A DNA stretch of 64,000 nt, from positions 10,664,001 through 10,728,000 of the forward strand of contig CM119382.1 in NCBI GenBank assembly GCA_051294905.1, written 5' to 3'. Below are positions 14,700 to 26,689 of this stretch, piece by piece. The stretch comes from Botryllus schlosseri (Eukaryota). Numbering within the stretch: the first letter of the stretch is position 1; each line of letters opens with the position of its first letter. The notes below the pieces were generated by a model. That model was given only the letters and a program-made list of their open reading frames with translations. It had not been told where the DNA came from and ran no database searches. Position numbers and translations under genes: made by a program.

Positions 14700-15570
14700 C
14701 ATGCACTTCGACAGCCCCCCCCCCCCCAAAAAAAAAAAACGTTGGTCTTGGGTCCCCCATCGGGTAATAAACCAAACTTCCGGGGGGCTTCGCCCCCAGA
14801 CCCCCCTTCGGCTATCCGCTATTTGCTGATACTAGTCATCTACATTGGGCGTCCATTTACTGAGCCAGCTATTCTCACCTAGAAGCGCGAAAAATTTCAA
14901 TAATTAATGATTGAATTGGTCAATATGATCGGGAATTGCATGTATATTGATATCAATTTTTATCCCGGTAGAGCTGAGTGAGGTGTGATTGAAAAGGTAG
15001 GACCCCTCAATAATAATTATACATCTTCGGGCGTATACCCGTTGGCAGGAACGAAACGGCACTTCGTCAGGCCCCCCGAAAAAACTTGGGTCATGGACTC
15101 CCATAGGGTGATAAACCGACCGCCCCCCCCCCCCCATCACGTTGTTCGCTTTTGCCACGAAATCAGTTGTACTGTTTAGCGAGCCAGTGCGAAGCGCGAA
15201 AATTTTCGATAATTTATGATAAAATCGGTCAATAAGATCGGGAATTGCATATATATTGCTATCAATTTCTTGTCCTCTCTGCTAACGTTACCAGATTTAC
15301 CGGTAGAGCTGAGTGAGGAGCCATGTTCCCTTTAAGCTGCGCACGTGCGCAGTGCTGACACGGTCTCTGCGCACAGATTATCTACGCTGCGCACAACAAA
15401 TCCGAAGTCATGACCTTTTTTTAGCACTGAGTTTTTAGCACATAGTTGAGTGACTTTGGTCGTTACGCACTGTTGTCCAAGGGTCTGCGCAGTGAGTTGT
15501 TGAGTGTGCGCAGACTCGTCAAAACGTAGAGCGAACATTGTGAGGTGTCTTGGAAACTGTAGGGCCCGTA
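14700..15570 (-). repeat. Two tandem degenerate copies of the interior of the 29571-30164 element, in opposite orientation
   Basis: GCGCGAAAA-TTTC...GGTCAATA-GATCGGGAATTGCAT-TATATTG-TATCAATTT...CCGGTAGAGCTGAGTGAGG occurs at about 14885-14985 and 15195-15320, and reverse-complemented at about 29690-29820. A related terminal fragment ending GTTAAGAACCACTG lies at 15990-16114. Confidence 0.7.
15322..15540. mobile_element. MITE nested in an older hAT-derived repeat
   Basis: Imperfect TIR CATGTTCCCTTTA / TAGAGCGAACATTG, internal TGCGCA repeats, flanks TGAGGAGC / TGAGGTGT (6/8 TSD). Confidence 0.6.
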
Positions 15571-16159
15571 ACTAATAATTAAACATATTCAGGCGGGCGG
15601 ACCCGTTGGTATGACCTCGTTGCATGATGTTATTTCGTGACCTCCCGTCTGCTATATCAAAAAATGTAGAATCTTCCAACAGGGATATCTCCCAACAGGG
15701 ATATCTAGTTTTATATATCCCTGTCGCCCAATCTTACTAAACTAAAAGACGCACACGATTTCAAATTGGTATTTTTTCACTGGCATATAATTTTTCCCTG
15801 CCAGATGGAATTCGTCTTCTGAGGTTCAGATTGCCAAGACAGGAACATTCGGTGCCAGTCATATAGGCGCCCATGGACAATTAAACCTTTTGAAGGCCTT
15901 TTTGAAAGCTATATATAACGAAGTTTTCGGTGTTAATTTTATCTGAATACTCATTAAGGATATGTTCTACCACCACATCATCTACTGCGAAGCCATTTTT
16001 CTCCAGCGCCCCCCTGAGCCCAGCGCCCCCCATATCGCCCCCTGAGCGTTTCCGCCTCCTTCAAAATCGCCAGCGCCCCTTGGGGGGCGCTGGAGGCACG
16101 GTTAAGAACCACTGATGTAGGCTATTTCTTCAGTTCAGTACGATTTTATCCGGTCAATA

Positions 16160-16425
16160 CATCACAAGATGGCTATACAATGAAAAGATAGGTAAGTGTC
16201 GAAACGACTTGGGTAGTCTTTGAAATCAGGCACCCACCTGCGTAGGCGATGAAAAGAGGAATCATGCACGCTGAATGAAAAGTAAAATAAGATAACATAG
16301 AAGGACAAGTGATCAAATGCGGTGGCATGTGTGAGGGAAGGCGATATTGATATGTCAGATCGAGGTCCGGAAATCTTGATGGCTGACCAGTATTCATTCA
16401 GTAGAAACTGCTTGTACTTCGACTT
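16160..16425 (-). mobile_element. SINE-like interspersed repeat, family A, copy 1
   Basis: Reverse complement of the 58090-58403 and 63010-63290 sequence (AGTCGAA-TACAAGCA, GGGTG-CTGATTTC, TCGACAC-TTCCTATCTTTTCATTGTAT). Confidence 0.75.
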
Positions 16426-16927
16426 GGCTGTGGACAAGTTCGACGACTTTTGGATAGCCGGCGAGATGCTGTTCCACACTTGACACTCCGGCATACTTGA
16501 TAAAGCGACGGTTTTCTTATGTTCTGTCGTGATCATAATGGTAGCTGTTAATCGAAGATGCGCATGTGTTGTACGCATGTCTTACTTAAATATCGATCAT
16601 AAATGTGTAGATTGAGAAATATGACCCGCCAAATACCTCATTTACCCATATCGCGGGTCAGCTCAAGATGACTTTGCATTGCTTCTAAAAGAGGCCTGCA
16701 GTAAGAAAATAATTTCAGTGGCGATCCTATGATTTGTTTGTTGCGCATGGATGAGCACGTTTCTCCAACATCAGCCTGCCTGAAAACGTCAGTCGGCGTC
16801 GCACATGGTTTTGTTTTGTTGTCATTTTACTTGGGTAGTCTCTTCTCTCTATACTTTGTTCGTGTATTGAATGGTCACGTCGATTAGCTCCCAATACTGT
16901 ATAGAAATACGCAAGGTGGATCGACGG

Positions 16928-19909
16928 ATGGAACAAAATCACGGCTATGATAGATGTGTACATCGCAACAGCGGAATCCGTGATACATTAACTCTGTTCG
17001 AAAGTGATAAATGTGCTTTTCTTGGCAGTAAACCGGGATTGAGCAGGTTTCTTTGTGAACTTTTGCGAATATGTAACCATTCGAGCTCTACTTCCAAAGA
17101 GCTTGACGGCGATCATGTCTATGAATTGCTACAAGCTATTATCGAGCACCTGTTCAAAATAATTTCAATATGGATCGCAGCCGAACTAGGATCATGTGAG
17201 AAAGGAAAACGTTTAATAAGCGTCCAGGACAGCAGGACTTTAACGAACCTAATGAAATATATTTCTGCTCTATTCATTGACCCATATCTGGAAGTACCTG
17301 TTGATCGAAGTAAGGTACAGAAGATTCCAATTAATTATGGTCTGAGCCCTCGGGAAAAGTTGTTGTTATTGTGCGAAACATTGACCAATGTGTGCAGTTT
17401 AATTGAGCAACACGATGTATTTCGGGAAATTGTCCTGCAGTCTTCGTCAATGTACTTATTGAATGCTCTCCTTCAAGTTTGCTTCTCACCGACGTCTGCA
17501 CGAAGCATCGAACTACCCAAAAGAAAATCGTGCTTAAAATTCCTTAATACATTGACTACATCGTGGGTCAGTAGAGATCGTTTGATTGAAGATACCATTA
17601 CTCTTCAAGGCGTTTTATCCAAGAATCCACCAAGCTGGCTAGTGAAAAAGTGTGGATCAATATTAACTAAGATCTTACTGGACACAGATGGTGTTAAGTC
17701 TATTGTTTTGGCAATGACATCCCACTTTAGTGAAGACAAAGCGGAAAATAGTTGGGAGAAAATCATCGCCCTGTCATCAATACTATCTACTATGCCCGGA
17801 GGAACCAGTTCTGAAAGTTACTGCGAACTTGTTTGTCCACAGCTGATTGACTTGTTGGTGTCATGTCGGAAAAACCCTACTCATTCGAAAGATATAACGA
17901 GAGTGGCGGTGACTACGTTGCATGCTTTGCACGAAAAATACCCGGACGATTCGAAAGTGTTTGAAAAAATCATTTGTCAGCCGCTGACGCGCTTTGCGGA
18001 CGGTTTTGAATTCAATTCTCAGTGTAAACTGTGGGTTGAACTTGTGGACTGTGTTGAAAACTTGCACCAAATTTGCGTATCTCTCGGCGTCGTGCCGGTT
18101 TCATTGTTGCTCTTATCATTGAAACCTTACGCAAAAATACTTCTGCACCTTCACATGAATATTCCTGCATCCAATTTCATTCAGTCTCGAATAATGGATC
18201 TGTTTCATTCGCTTTTATCAAAAGTCGAACGAAATGAATCCGCAAGTATTATTATGGACTTAATCTGCCAATCTGACCATTCTGTAATGAAGACTCCTAT
18301 CAATTCCCTGCGGTTTATGCTCGATAAAAACGGCGATGTAGAAGTGAAAATGGATCCAGAATGTGATCCTTCGTCGTTATTACAAAGACTTGATGACGAA
18401 GTTCGGATACTCTTTGATATTGTAACTAAAGTTGAATATTTGTCAGGGGACGTATTTTTGTTGTTGCTTAAAAGGCTGTGTGATCCATCGAAGAATATTC
18501 CGTTGCCGGTTGATACGAACCGAATTCTAACGTTATCAGAGCGTACTGCCGAATCAATGGAGTTGAATCGAGAACGATTTATCACATTTGGATTATTAAG
18601 CTCCCTGCTCGAGTCTTGTGATCCCAACACTCTGCTTCACGACACGTGTCAAGTCCTTGAATTTATCAAGTCCTTCCTGCGTGAACTCCCGGCTAAATTA
18701 GCACAAAACGCTGAGGAATCGATTGAGATGTTGAAAATGTGCACCAGCGTTATCGGGATATGCATGCTCTCCAATATAGATGCTTCTCAGAGGCAATGTC
18801 TCAAGGACACCGTGCCTTTATTGAAACGTATCCTTAACATGGAAGATGTATTGGACCACGAGACTAAGGAGTTATTGTCTGATCTTGTCACCGCGATTCT
18901 CACTTATGGAGCCGTGAACGATTTACCGACGCAAGATTTTTCAGAGACGATGGAAAATTACATAAAAAGATTGAGTACGAAAACTCAAACGGGTGATGTT
19001 TCGAGCGAAATGAAACCGAATGAATCAGAAAATTCTGAAAACGATACTGATGACATAACTGGAAAGGCAATCCCGGAAATTGATTCAGATACTTCGTTCG
19101 ACATTAAAAAATCATTTTCCGAAGCGTTAGATGATATTCACGCCTCTTCTCCAGCGTTAAGAGGTGGCTCTATAAGATACTTGACAAAGTGTATATCGAA
19201 ACAGCTGCCTTGTGCCACAGAAAAGATGGAAATACTCGCTGAATTGTTCATGGAATCTCTAAATGACAATGACTCCTTTGTGTACTTATCAGCCGTTCAA
19301 GGGCTAACAGTTATTTCTTGTAGTAGCGGGAGTTCGTTGCGAAATAACGAGCTCTTCGAAAGGATCGTGAAGGAATTTTTGGACTGCGAGAAACGGGAAT
19401 CCGTAAACTGGGTTTTTTCAAAGATGAAGCTGGGAGAGATCGTGACCCGCGTTGTGCAGAGTATGGGAGACACCGCTCCGTCTCACGCCGCTAAATTGTT
19501 GCCTGCATTCTTAAAACTTGCGAACCATGTCGATTCCACACTGAGAGCCAGCGCCCTCTCGAATTTTGCGGAATTAGCTCCTTTGGCGCCCGATATTTTG
19601 TCAAGTTTGCAGTTCGAAATTCGCGACTGTCTGTGCGGTATGTCAGTTTCCGATTCCGATGCTATGGTGAGACGGTCGGCGGCGTATGCTATTCGAAATA
19701 TTGTGGCAAAATTGTCCGATAGAATCCTGGTAGTTTTCCCAGACACTGTGAGAGATATTTATCGGACTTTGAAAAAGCTTTATGGTTCAGATGGAGACAA
19801 CACGGTTCAGTTACACGCGCAGCTGGCGTTGGAGGAAATCGAGCGGATCATGAAGACGGAGATCTTCAGACCTCCGACGCTATCGAAAAAGATCACCGTG
19901 CTTCCATAA
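16928..19909 (+). CDS. TANGO6: Transport and Golgi organization 6 homolog (RTP1-family HEAT/ARM protein), single exon
   Basis: Uninterrupted ORF 16871-19909; ATG 16928 is preferred because an AG acceptor-like site lies at 16903-16904. It has RTP1-type C-terminal motifs (DNDSFVYLSAVQGL, KLGE, LRASALSNFAEL, VRRSAA) and a C-terminus (QLHAQLALEEIERIMKTEIF...KKITVLP) matching vertebrate TANGO6. Confidence 0.9.
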   Translation: MEQNHGYDRCVHRNSGIRDTLTLFESDKCAFLGSKPGLSRFLCELLRICNHSSSTSKELDGDHVYELLQAIIEHLFKIISIWIAAELGSCEKGKRLISVQDSRTLTNLMKYISALFIDPYLEVPVDRSKVQKIPINYGLSPREKLLLLCETLTNVCSLIEQHDVFREIVLQSSSMYLLNALLQVCFSPTSARSIELPKRKSCLKFLNTLTTSWVSRDRLIEDTITLQGVLSKNPPSWLVKKCGSILTKILLDTDGVKSIVLAMTSHFSEDKAENSWEKIIALSSILSTMPGGTSSESYCELVCPQLIDLLVSCRKNPTHSKDITRVAVTTLHALHEKYPDDSKVFEKIICQPLTRFADGFEFNSQCKLWVELVDCVENLHQICVSLGVVPVSLLLLSLKPYAKILLHLHMNIPASNFIQSRIMDLFHSLLSKVERNESASIIMDLICQSDHSVMKTPINSLRFMLDKNGDVEVKMDPECDPSSLLQRLDDEVRILFDIVTKVEYLSGDVFLLLLKRLCDPSKNIPLPVDTNRILTLSERTAESMELNRERFITFGLLSSLLESCDPNTLLHDTCQVLEFIKSFLRELPAKLAQNAEESIEMLKMCTSVIGICMLSNIDASQRQCLKDTVPLLKRILNMEDVLDHETKELLSDLVTAILTYGAVNDLPTQDFSETMENYIKRLSTKTQTGDVSSEMKPNESENSENDTDDITGKAIPEIDSDTSFDIKKSFSEALDDIHASSPALRGGSIRYLTKCISKQLPCATEKMEILAELFMESLNDNDSFVYLSAVQGLTVISCSSGSSLRNNELFERIVKEFLDCEKRESVNWVFSKMKLGEIVTRVVQSMGDTAPSHAAKLLPAFLKLANHVDSTLRASALSNFAELAPLAPDILSSLQFEIRDCLCGMSVSDSDAMVRRSAAYAIRNIVAKLSDRILVVFPDTVRDIYRTLKKLYGSDGDNTVQLHAQLALEEIERIMKTEIFRPPTLSKKITVLP

Positions 19910-20087
19910 ACATTTTAAAATATTCTACATAGGACACAGTTTCATGAATGTAACCGCAGCTTTCAGGGCTTATTAATAGCCCCATGCAGTTTATGTTATC
20001 AATACTGATTCTGTTTCGTGAAGTTTAAATTTTTCAACATCCAATCTCCGTCTGAATTGCATATTTTCTTGTTCCACAATGTTATCA

Positions 20088-20106
20088 CTGCTTTTGTGTT
20101 TTGTAG
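20088..20106 (+). promoter_or_regulatory. Putative unpaired 3' splice (SL trans-splice) acceptor upstream of BRIX1
   Basis: TGCTTTTGTGTTTTGTAG ends 36 nt before the BRIX1 ATG and 197 nt after the TANGO6 stop. No upstream donor or exon was identified. Confidence 0.45.
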
Positions 20107-20142
20107 ACCACTTCATATTCGTACATGAATATATTTTTAATC

Positions 20143-23100
20143 ATGGGGAAAAGAAAGCAAGCGCACACCACAAAGATGCGGAAAGCGAAGCGAGCCAAAT
20201 TGGCTAAAAAGATCGAGGAAGAAGAAGAGCAAGTCGAGGAAATACCCAACGAACTCACAGAGATGAAGCCGTTAGTCCAGAAGGTATCGTCATATTCAAG
20301 TTGATCATGTGCTTCTTGTAAACATGCATTCACCTGTAGGACGATTTCTGCTCCTTTTTGAAGAAATCAAAAATGTTCTATTTTCTGATATCAAAATGTG
20401 GTAACCCTAGATATATGATAACTTTTTCAGCACTGAGCTTCTCACCGCTGTCGGCAGAAGTGTAGTGGCGAGGTAATGAAGTTCGTACCGTACCTGGAAA
20501 GGGTAAATTTGCCACCATTTTCAATGTTACCGTATTTGCATACAGGCAACATCCTCCAAAATACACCGAGCCAATTCATGACAGCAGTTAGATTTTGACT
20601 GACATTCGGCACATGTTATACCACATAAATTGCTCAAAATATGTATCCGTATGTTGAAGTTTTTCCGTCCATTTTTAGGGCAAATGGAAGAATAAGCAGC
20701 GTGTTCTCGTATTCACTTCACGTGGGACTAGTTACAAGGCTAGGTTTTTCATCAAGGATTTGGTAAATCTGATGCCGCATGCGAAGACTGGTGAGTGGAA
20801 TTCGTGTGATTAAACGATGCGAGAGCAGCGATGAGATGAATCCGAATTCTGGAACGTCGAATGCTCTGAGATTTTTTATTGAAATCGGGCAATTGAATAG
20901 TATATTCATATTGAAATAAACCCGACTATTTTTGGCTGACACTCGTCAGGGGTAAGCGTCAGAAACTAGTTGAGAATTGGAAACAACATTGTATATCAAC
21001 AATCGTGTCACAAAATATGACGTCACCAGTATGAAATTTCGTATGAGCGGTAGAGGCAGTGTCCTCTATATCCACGTTTCTGTATGGGGCGATATTTAGT
21101 GGCCCAGTTATTCCGTCAGCGGGCGCTGTGGAGTTTCAAATATACCCTAGTCCATAATTTATCCTGTCACCAGTACTGTCGTGTGTTGTAAATTCTACTA
21201 TGACGAAGGTGAGAATTTACGTAAAGTGGTGGTTCTCAAACTTTATTCGACACGCCTCCCGTGATGAAATTTAAACAATCCGCGCCCCCGCAATTTTTGC
21301 AATCCCTACACATTGTTTTTTTGGAATGGAAGAGGGTGTTATGGTCGTTGAGAATTAGGACTATACAGAGAGCAATAAGTTCTGTACCTCCAAAAAGGTC
21401 TTCAGAGCAATAATTCTGAGCAGTTCAAGAAACAGTGTTTCTGTCTGGTGGCTTCACCCTTCCTCACATGCTTTCACGCCCCACTGACCTAAGGCGATCA
21501 TAGTTCCTTCGTTACGTTGACGTGATGTGCATCAGAAATATCTCTGCGAGTAGCCTGTAGGCGGAGGTGGTTGAAGTTGATTTTTTTAGTGCTCAAGTAG
21601 AAGTAGGAATATCCTGGATATGTCGAAAAAAAGTAGTTCGTTCGGGATGTCCCACACTTTTTCTTGGCGATCGATCGACTACTTGAAAAATTGTACGGTG
21701 TGTCTTTGCGTCTAATGATTCTACAAATTCGTGAAATTTCCGAAAATATGTTCAGTTACTGTACATTCAGGGGCTATTTCTCCCATTCGGCATGTCAGTA
21801 GCTGGGCCTGAAAAACTGTAGTATGGAAGTAGTCAAATAACAACCACTTGAGTAAAAAGCGTCGGAAGTAGGCGAAACCTACTTGAGTACCATGAAAAAG
21901 TGAATGTACTTTGTTACTGACCGCATATGTCTTTTGGGACTGTAATCATCACACTGTCAATTTGACAATTCATGGAAAAGAAGTAAATGGAGAAATAAAT
22001 TTGTGTGGGATCGGTAAGAAAGATTGGATCTGTGAAATGCCATGTTTCCGTCTTCACGCTCTGAGATCCTACATTTGCTTATTTAGACGTGAAAATGGAC
22101 AGAAAAGACCAACTGCTCGTTGTCAACGAAATATGCGAAATGAAAAACTGCAACAAGTGTATACTGTTGGTGGGAAAGAAGAAGAGAGATTTGTACATGT
22201 GGATGTCAAATGTACCGCACGGGCCTTCGGCTTTGTTCCACGTGGAATACTGTGAGTTGTTTTAGTTACTATTTCTTAATAAGTCCTTCATTAATTCTGA
22301 TTTGCATTCTGTGATTTTGGCGATTCGCTTCCACTAGTTGCCAAAAAGACTGGATAATCCTGCATTCAACTTTGCAATCATATCGCGTGCTTTCAGACAA
22401 ATCTAGACAAACATACCAACTGTACTGATTGAGTCGACTTTTTTAACCAAACCCTTCCTTGCCTCTTTTGCAGTGAGTATGATGAAGGAGCTCAAGTTTC
22501 TCGGTAACTGTCTTAAAGGATCCAGACCTTTGTTATCGTTTGATAAAGTAAGAGTGCCACACTAATTCTGTGTATTTTATTCAGTCCGTGTTTTCGAGTA
22601 AAATACTGTACGATTAGCATTTGCCAGTGTTGGGATGACTTGAGTCACGTTTTTCGTCTGACTTGACTTGACTCGGCGTATCAGAAATGTGGATTGACTC
22701 GTGACTCGGAGCAGAATTCACGAGTCAATTTCAAGTCATCAAGTAATCGGTGTCGATAAAAATCACGGTATCTTGCATATGTTCGGACTGTTCGCGAAAA
22801 TCTCGTGTACTCCGTGAGAGCGACCAGTCATTCAATGATCTTTCGTTTTACTGAGCCTCCATTGTTCTCTCACAAATAAATTGACCGCAGTCGAAAGTGA
22901 TCGAAGCTTACAGCTTACGTTGTCGTAAACTAGTATAGTAAAGTAATTTAATAGCAAAATGTGTATTTCTGTTCTCTGCTCTTCTTAACCAAACCTCTTT
23001 CTTTATTGAAATTGAATTTTAATATAGTTTATATAGTTCTCAACCATTGGCGCTGGCTCGAATTGTACAATATCAATTTAGAAATGCGTAATGTATTGCA

Positions 23101-24913
23101 TCTTATCAATTCGTTTGTCTATTCTCTATTTTGGCTGGTGACTTTAAACTATGCAATTACTTAGGTACTTTAGCAGTTCTATGTATATGTGGGCGATATA
23201 GCGTGCATATTAAACTCCATATCCGTTCATCGGTTCAAAATCAATGACCACTCAATCTGCATATCAGCGAGCTAGCAAAATGCAATGACGTTATCATGCC
23301 TCATACTTCGAAAAGGTAACTTGACTTGATTCGTGACCTGACTCGACTTGACACGAGTCACCTCCGAAAATCGATTGACTTGACTTGACTCGAGTCAAAA
23401 TGTGCAATGACTCGTGACTCGAACGTAGTGACATGATTCAAACACTGGTGTTTGCTGCTGTAACAGTAATTTAGGTGGTACTGGATTAGGCAAATTTGGA
23501 TTATGGTTAAGAATGTGTTTCTGTTGTAGTAAGTGAAAGTGACTAGTAGGCCTATCCAACTGCGGATTAGGTTTTAGCGAGACGATCATGCGCTATCTAT
23601 TATCTGTTATTCTTATTAACGCTGAAGTATATATCCACTATCAGTTGTGGTGAACAGTATTTTCTTTCTTGACCTCGTTGACTTGAAGCCAAATAAAATA
23701 ATCTTTTCAGGCTTTCGACGAGGAGCCACATTATCGGTTACTCAAAGAGATTTTCACGCAGACGTTTGGCACTCCGCGTTACCATCCAAAGAGCCAACCG
23801 TTTGTTGACCACGTAATATCGTTCAGTCTACTTGATGGTAGAATCTGGTTTAGGAATTATCAAATCGTCGGTGAAAATGGCGATTTGGTGGAAATAGGTA
23901 AGACGTCACAATTGCTTTGTGTTATTTGTTGACTAGGCGCGGAACAAAGCCGCGTTTCAACCTAAATTTGCTTATTTCCAAAGTTTCTTATCGCTGCAAC
24001 TCGAGAATAATTTTCAATAGTTTTCAATGTCCAGATCGATGTGTTTTCATCTTCATATGTGAGACTATAACTACCTGACCATTACTTTTCTTACAGGACC
24101 AAGATTCACCATGATCCTTGCAAAAATACTCGGTGGGAGTTTCGGGGGACCCACGCTTTACATCAATCCAAACTATACGTCGCCGAACGCGGTAGGATTT
24201 TGCTGCTCAATTTGAAATGATTGTGTATCTCTTCAACTCCATTAAAGTGTACTTTGTAATCGGTCTCTAGCCGTTCTCAACTGTAGTTTCGGTGAGAGAG
24301 CACAAGCTGTACATTGGGGCAATTTTCAAGCCATTGAGGGATGGTTTGATGTGTAATTGGCAGAGGTGGTCATGGTCAATAATGAAGTACTTTTACATTT
24401 TCAAAAAGTAAGCTTGTCCTGGTCAAAATCTAGTTTTAACAGTACTAGCCTTCATTTTCTATTTCCACTTGAAGTTGCTTTGACATGTATTGGAAATCGT
24501 CATTTCTGATGAGTACCAATACTGGTTGACCATCTCTGGCAATTGGCGACATTTGTTGGTTCATTGACCTTACTACAAATTCCCACGGCCATATGGAATA
24601 GTGGCCACTGGATAAAGTTTCGCGAATTTGAGTGTTCGGTAGGCTCTTTGCTTTATTGAGTGAATCACCCTTTGAAGCTGGTTTTCTGTGTTACACTATT
24701 CTCTGTACTTTGCCTGTTGCATCTCATATCAATGCAATTTTGCATCCTCAACACAATTTATCCTGTCCTTTACCCCAGTTCCGCAGCCTGAAAAAGAAAC
24801 AAGCTAAAGCCAAATACGCAAACAAGCAGCTCTCGATGAAGGTGCGGGAAGAGAACAGATCAACCACAACTTTTGCAACTGACGATACGGACGTCGTGTT
24901 CCAAACGCGATGA
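20143..24913 (+). CDS. BRIX1: Ribosome biogenesis protein BRX1 homolog (Brix domain)
   Basis: Exons 20143-20283, 20679-20790, 22087-22251, 22474-22547, 23711-23897, 24097-24191, 24779-24913, all in phase. Motifs KWKNKQRVLVF-SRG, NEICEMKNCNKC, DLYMW-SN-PHGPSA, GNCLKGSRPLLSFD, TPRYHPKSQPFVDHV, IWFRNYQI, EIGPRF, GSFGGPTLY. AATAAA at 25066. Confidence 0.96.
22625..23447. mobile_element. Non-autonomous hAT-like element with GACTCG/GACTTG subterminal repeats
   Basis: Ends CAGTGTTGGGA / TTCAAACACTG, flanks GCATTTGC / GTGTTTGC (6/8), dense GACTCG and GAGTC motifs at both ends. Lies in BRIX1 intron 4. Confidence 0.7.
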
Positions 24914-25835
24914 GGACGGGATTCTGCGCACGATGGTCGAGTAGCTGCCGAAAATGACACGGGTGATGTCAGCACCCGTGCGTGGCCAATGTCCGGGATC
25001 ATGGCTAAATGCAACAAATGCTGACATTGCTTGATGTCTTACCGTATCATCAACTCTTGGCGTTTAATAAAGCTTACATCTTGAATTGTGATGTGGAAGG
25101 TTTTGGTGGAGCATAGTATGCAGCTGATAGTGACTTTTTATTGAAGAGCATGGAAGAGTAATAACCTAGTTTGAAGAAGGATAGTAGGTTGGAGTTAGGA
25201 TAGTTGGAGCCTCCGAATGATTTGATTCCTTCGCACGTGCTTTGTCAGGAAAAACCATGGCGATATTTAATTGATCTTGACTGACTGTAAATTCAAATTG
25301 TGTGGGATCTTCACCAGCGTAATCAGCACCCTTGTTATATTGTGTCAGCTAGGTATATTAAGAGATTATAGAGCAGTGGTTCTTAACCTTTTTGATATCG
25401 ATACCCCCAAGAAGAAAGTGGCAGGATGCAATTACTCATTTTCAAAAATAACAAATTACAGCTGGCACACAATTAATAATAAGACGGCACGAAAATGACG
25501 CCATAACGTACACTGGAATGCCTGTTGAAAATATTAAGTCAAGAAGAAGGCTGATGCTGTTTTCGTGTTATCCGTAGTGGTCAAATCTAGACAAAGAGGA
25601 GGATAATAGACATCTCATGTCATGTAATTGTCAATCACTAACTCATTTCGTTTTGATAGATGCCATTGCAGAAAATCCTACTTCACATCAAGAACTTGAA
25701 GGAAATTCAATCGGACAGTTCAATGCCATTATGAAAAAAAAAGGATTATTCATTATAAAGGCGAACCCAAAAGTTTCCAAAATCTTTCCCTCGTTTGTTC
25801 GAGACTAGACCACTTCGCATTTCAATACTAATAAG

Positions 25836-26689
25836 TAGGGCGGTTTTTTTTTACCTAAAAAAAATAAAATTTTGACCTAAAAAAACTGAATTTTGACCAA
25901 ATTTTGACCTAGCGTATGCAAATTAGGTGTTTTCCCACATAATGTTAAAATTGTACCACTTATCTTCATTTCTGGTTGGAACTGACTGTCCTAACGAAGC
26001 AGTTTGGCCTGAAAAAACGTTTTTGGCTTAGAAACAGGCAACTTTTTACATGAAAAAAAAACAACATTTTAACGAAATCTGGCCCTTTGAAGAATTCCAG
26101 TGGTTACAATATGTATTATGGTAGAAATAATTAAAATATTTTGTAGTACTACGGAAGATACTTTCCTACATTCTTGGGTAGAAAGTGCACGTCCTAACTA
26201 AAGAGCTTGCCAAGGACGTTCAACAGCAGGAGTTGTTGGCTGACAACACTCAAGTTGTGCGTACACTGCTGTTGCTGGTGACACACCGTGTTGCTTCATT
26301 CTGACAATGTTGTCTACACTACATCACAATTTTTCATCATGCGCTTCTTAATGTAAGAATGATGCGATGCACAAGAAGTCTTTCTTCATTTAGGATATTG
26401 CGGTACGTTGACCATAACACCATGTCTACCTATTATTTGTTTTATTTGACCGTTTATGATTCACAATGGGCAGACGATTAGCCGTTTACAACGGTAGGCC
26501 TATAAAATAGGCTAAAAGCGGTAAAATATCAAATTATAAGTTCATCGACAGTGCAAAATCTACAATACAAACAAAATGCAGACGTCAAATTTTTTTGACT
26601 TTATGAAAAATTTTGACAAATTTTGACCTAACGCTACAATTTTTACAAAATTTTGACAAATTTTGACATGTCAAAAAAAAACCGCCCTA
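25836..26689 (-). mobile_element. hAT deletion derivative (854 bp), degenerate transposase remnant
   Basis: TIR TAGGGCGGTTTTTTTT / AAAAAAAACCGCCCTA, perfect 8-bp TSD CTAATAAG, subterminal TTTTGAC arrays. Homologous end to end with 48334-49210. Confidence 0.9.

Noticed and set aside
16871-16927. Upstream in-frame ATG for TANGO6
   Set aside because: It is possible, but the extra 19 aa look non-conserved and an acceptor-like AG lies between the two ATGs, so 16928 is preferred.
20284-20290. U12-type or non-canonical introns
   Set aside because: The donor is GTATCGT, not GTATCCT. All assembled genes are explained with GT-AG introns.
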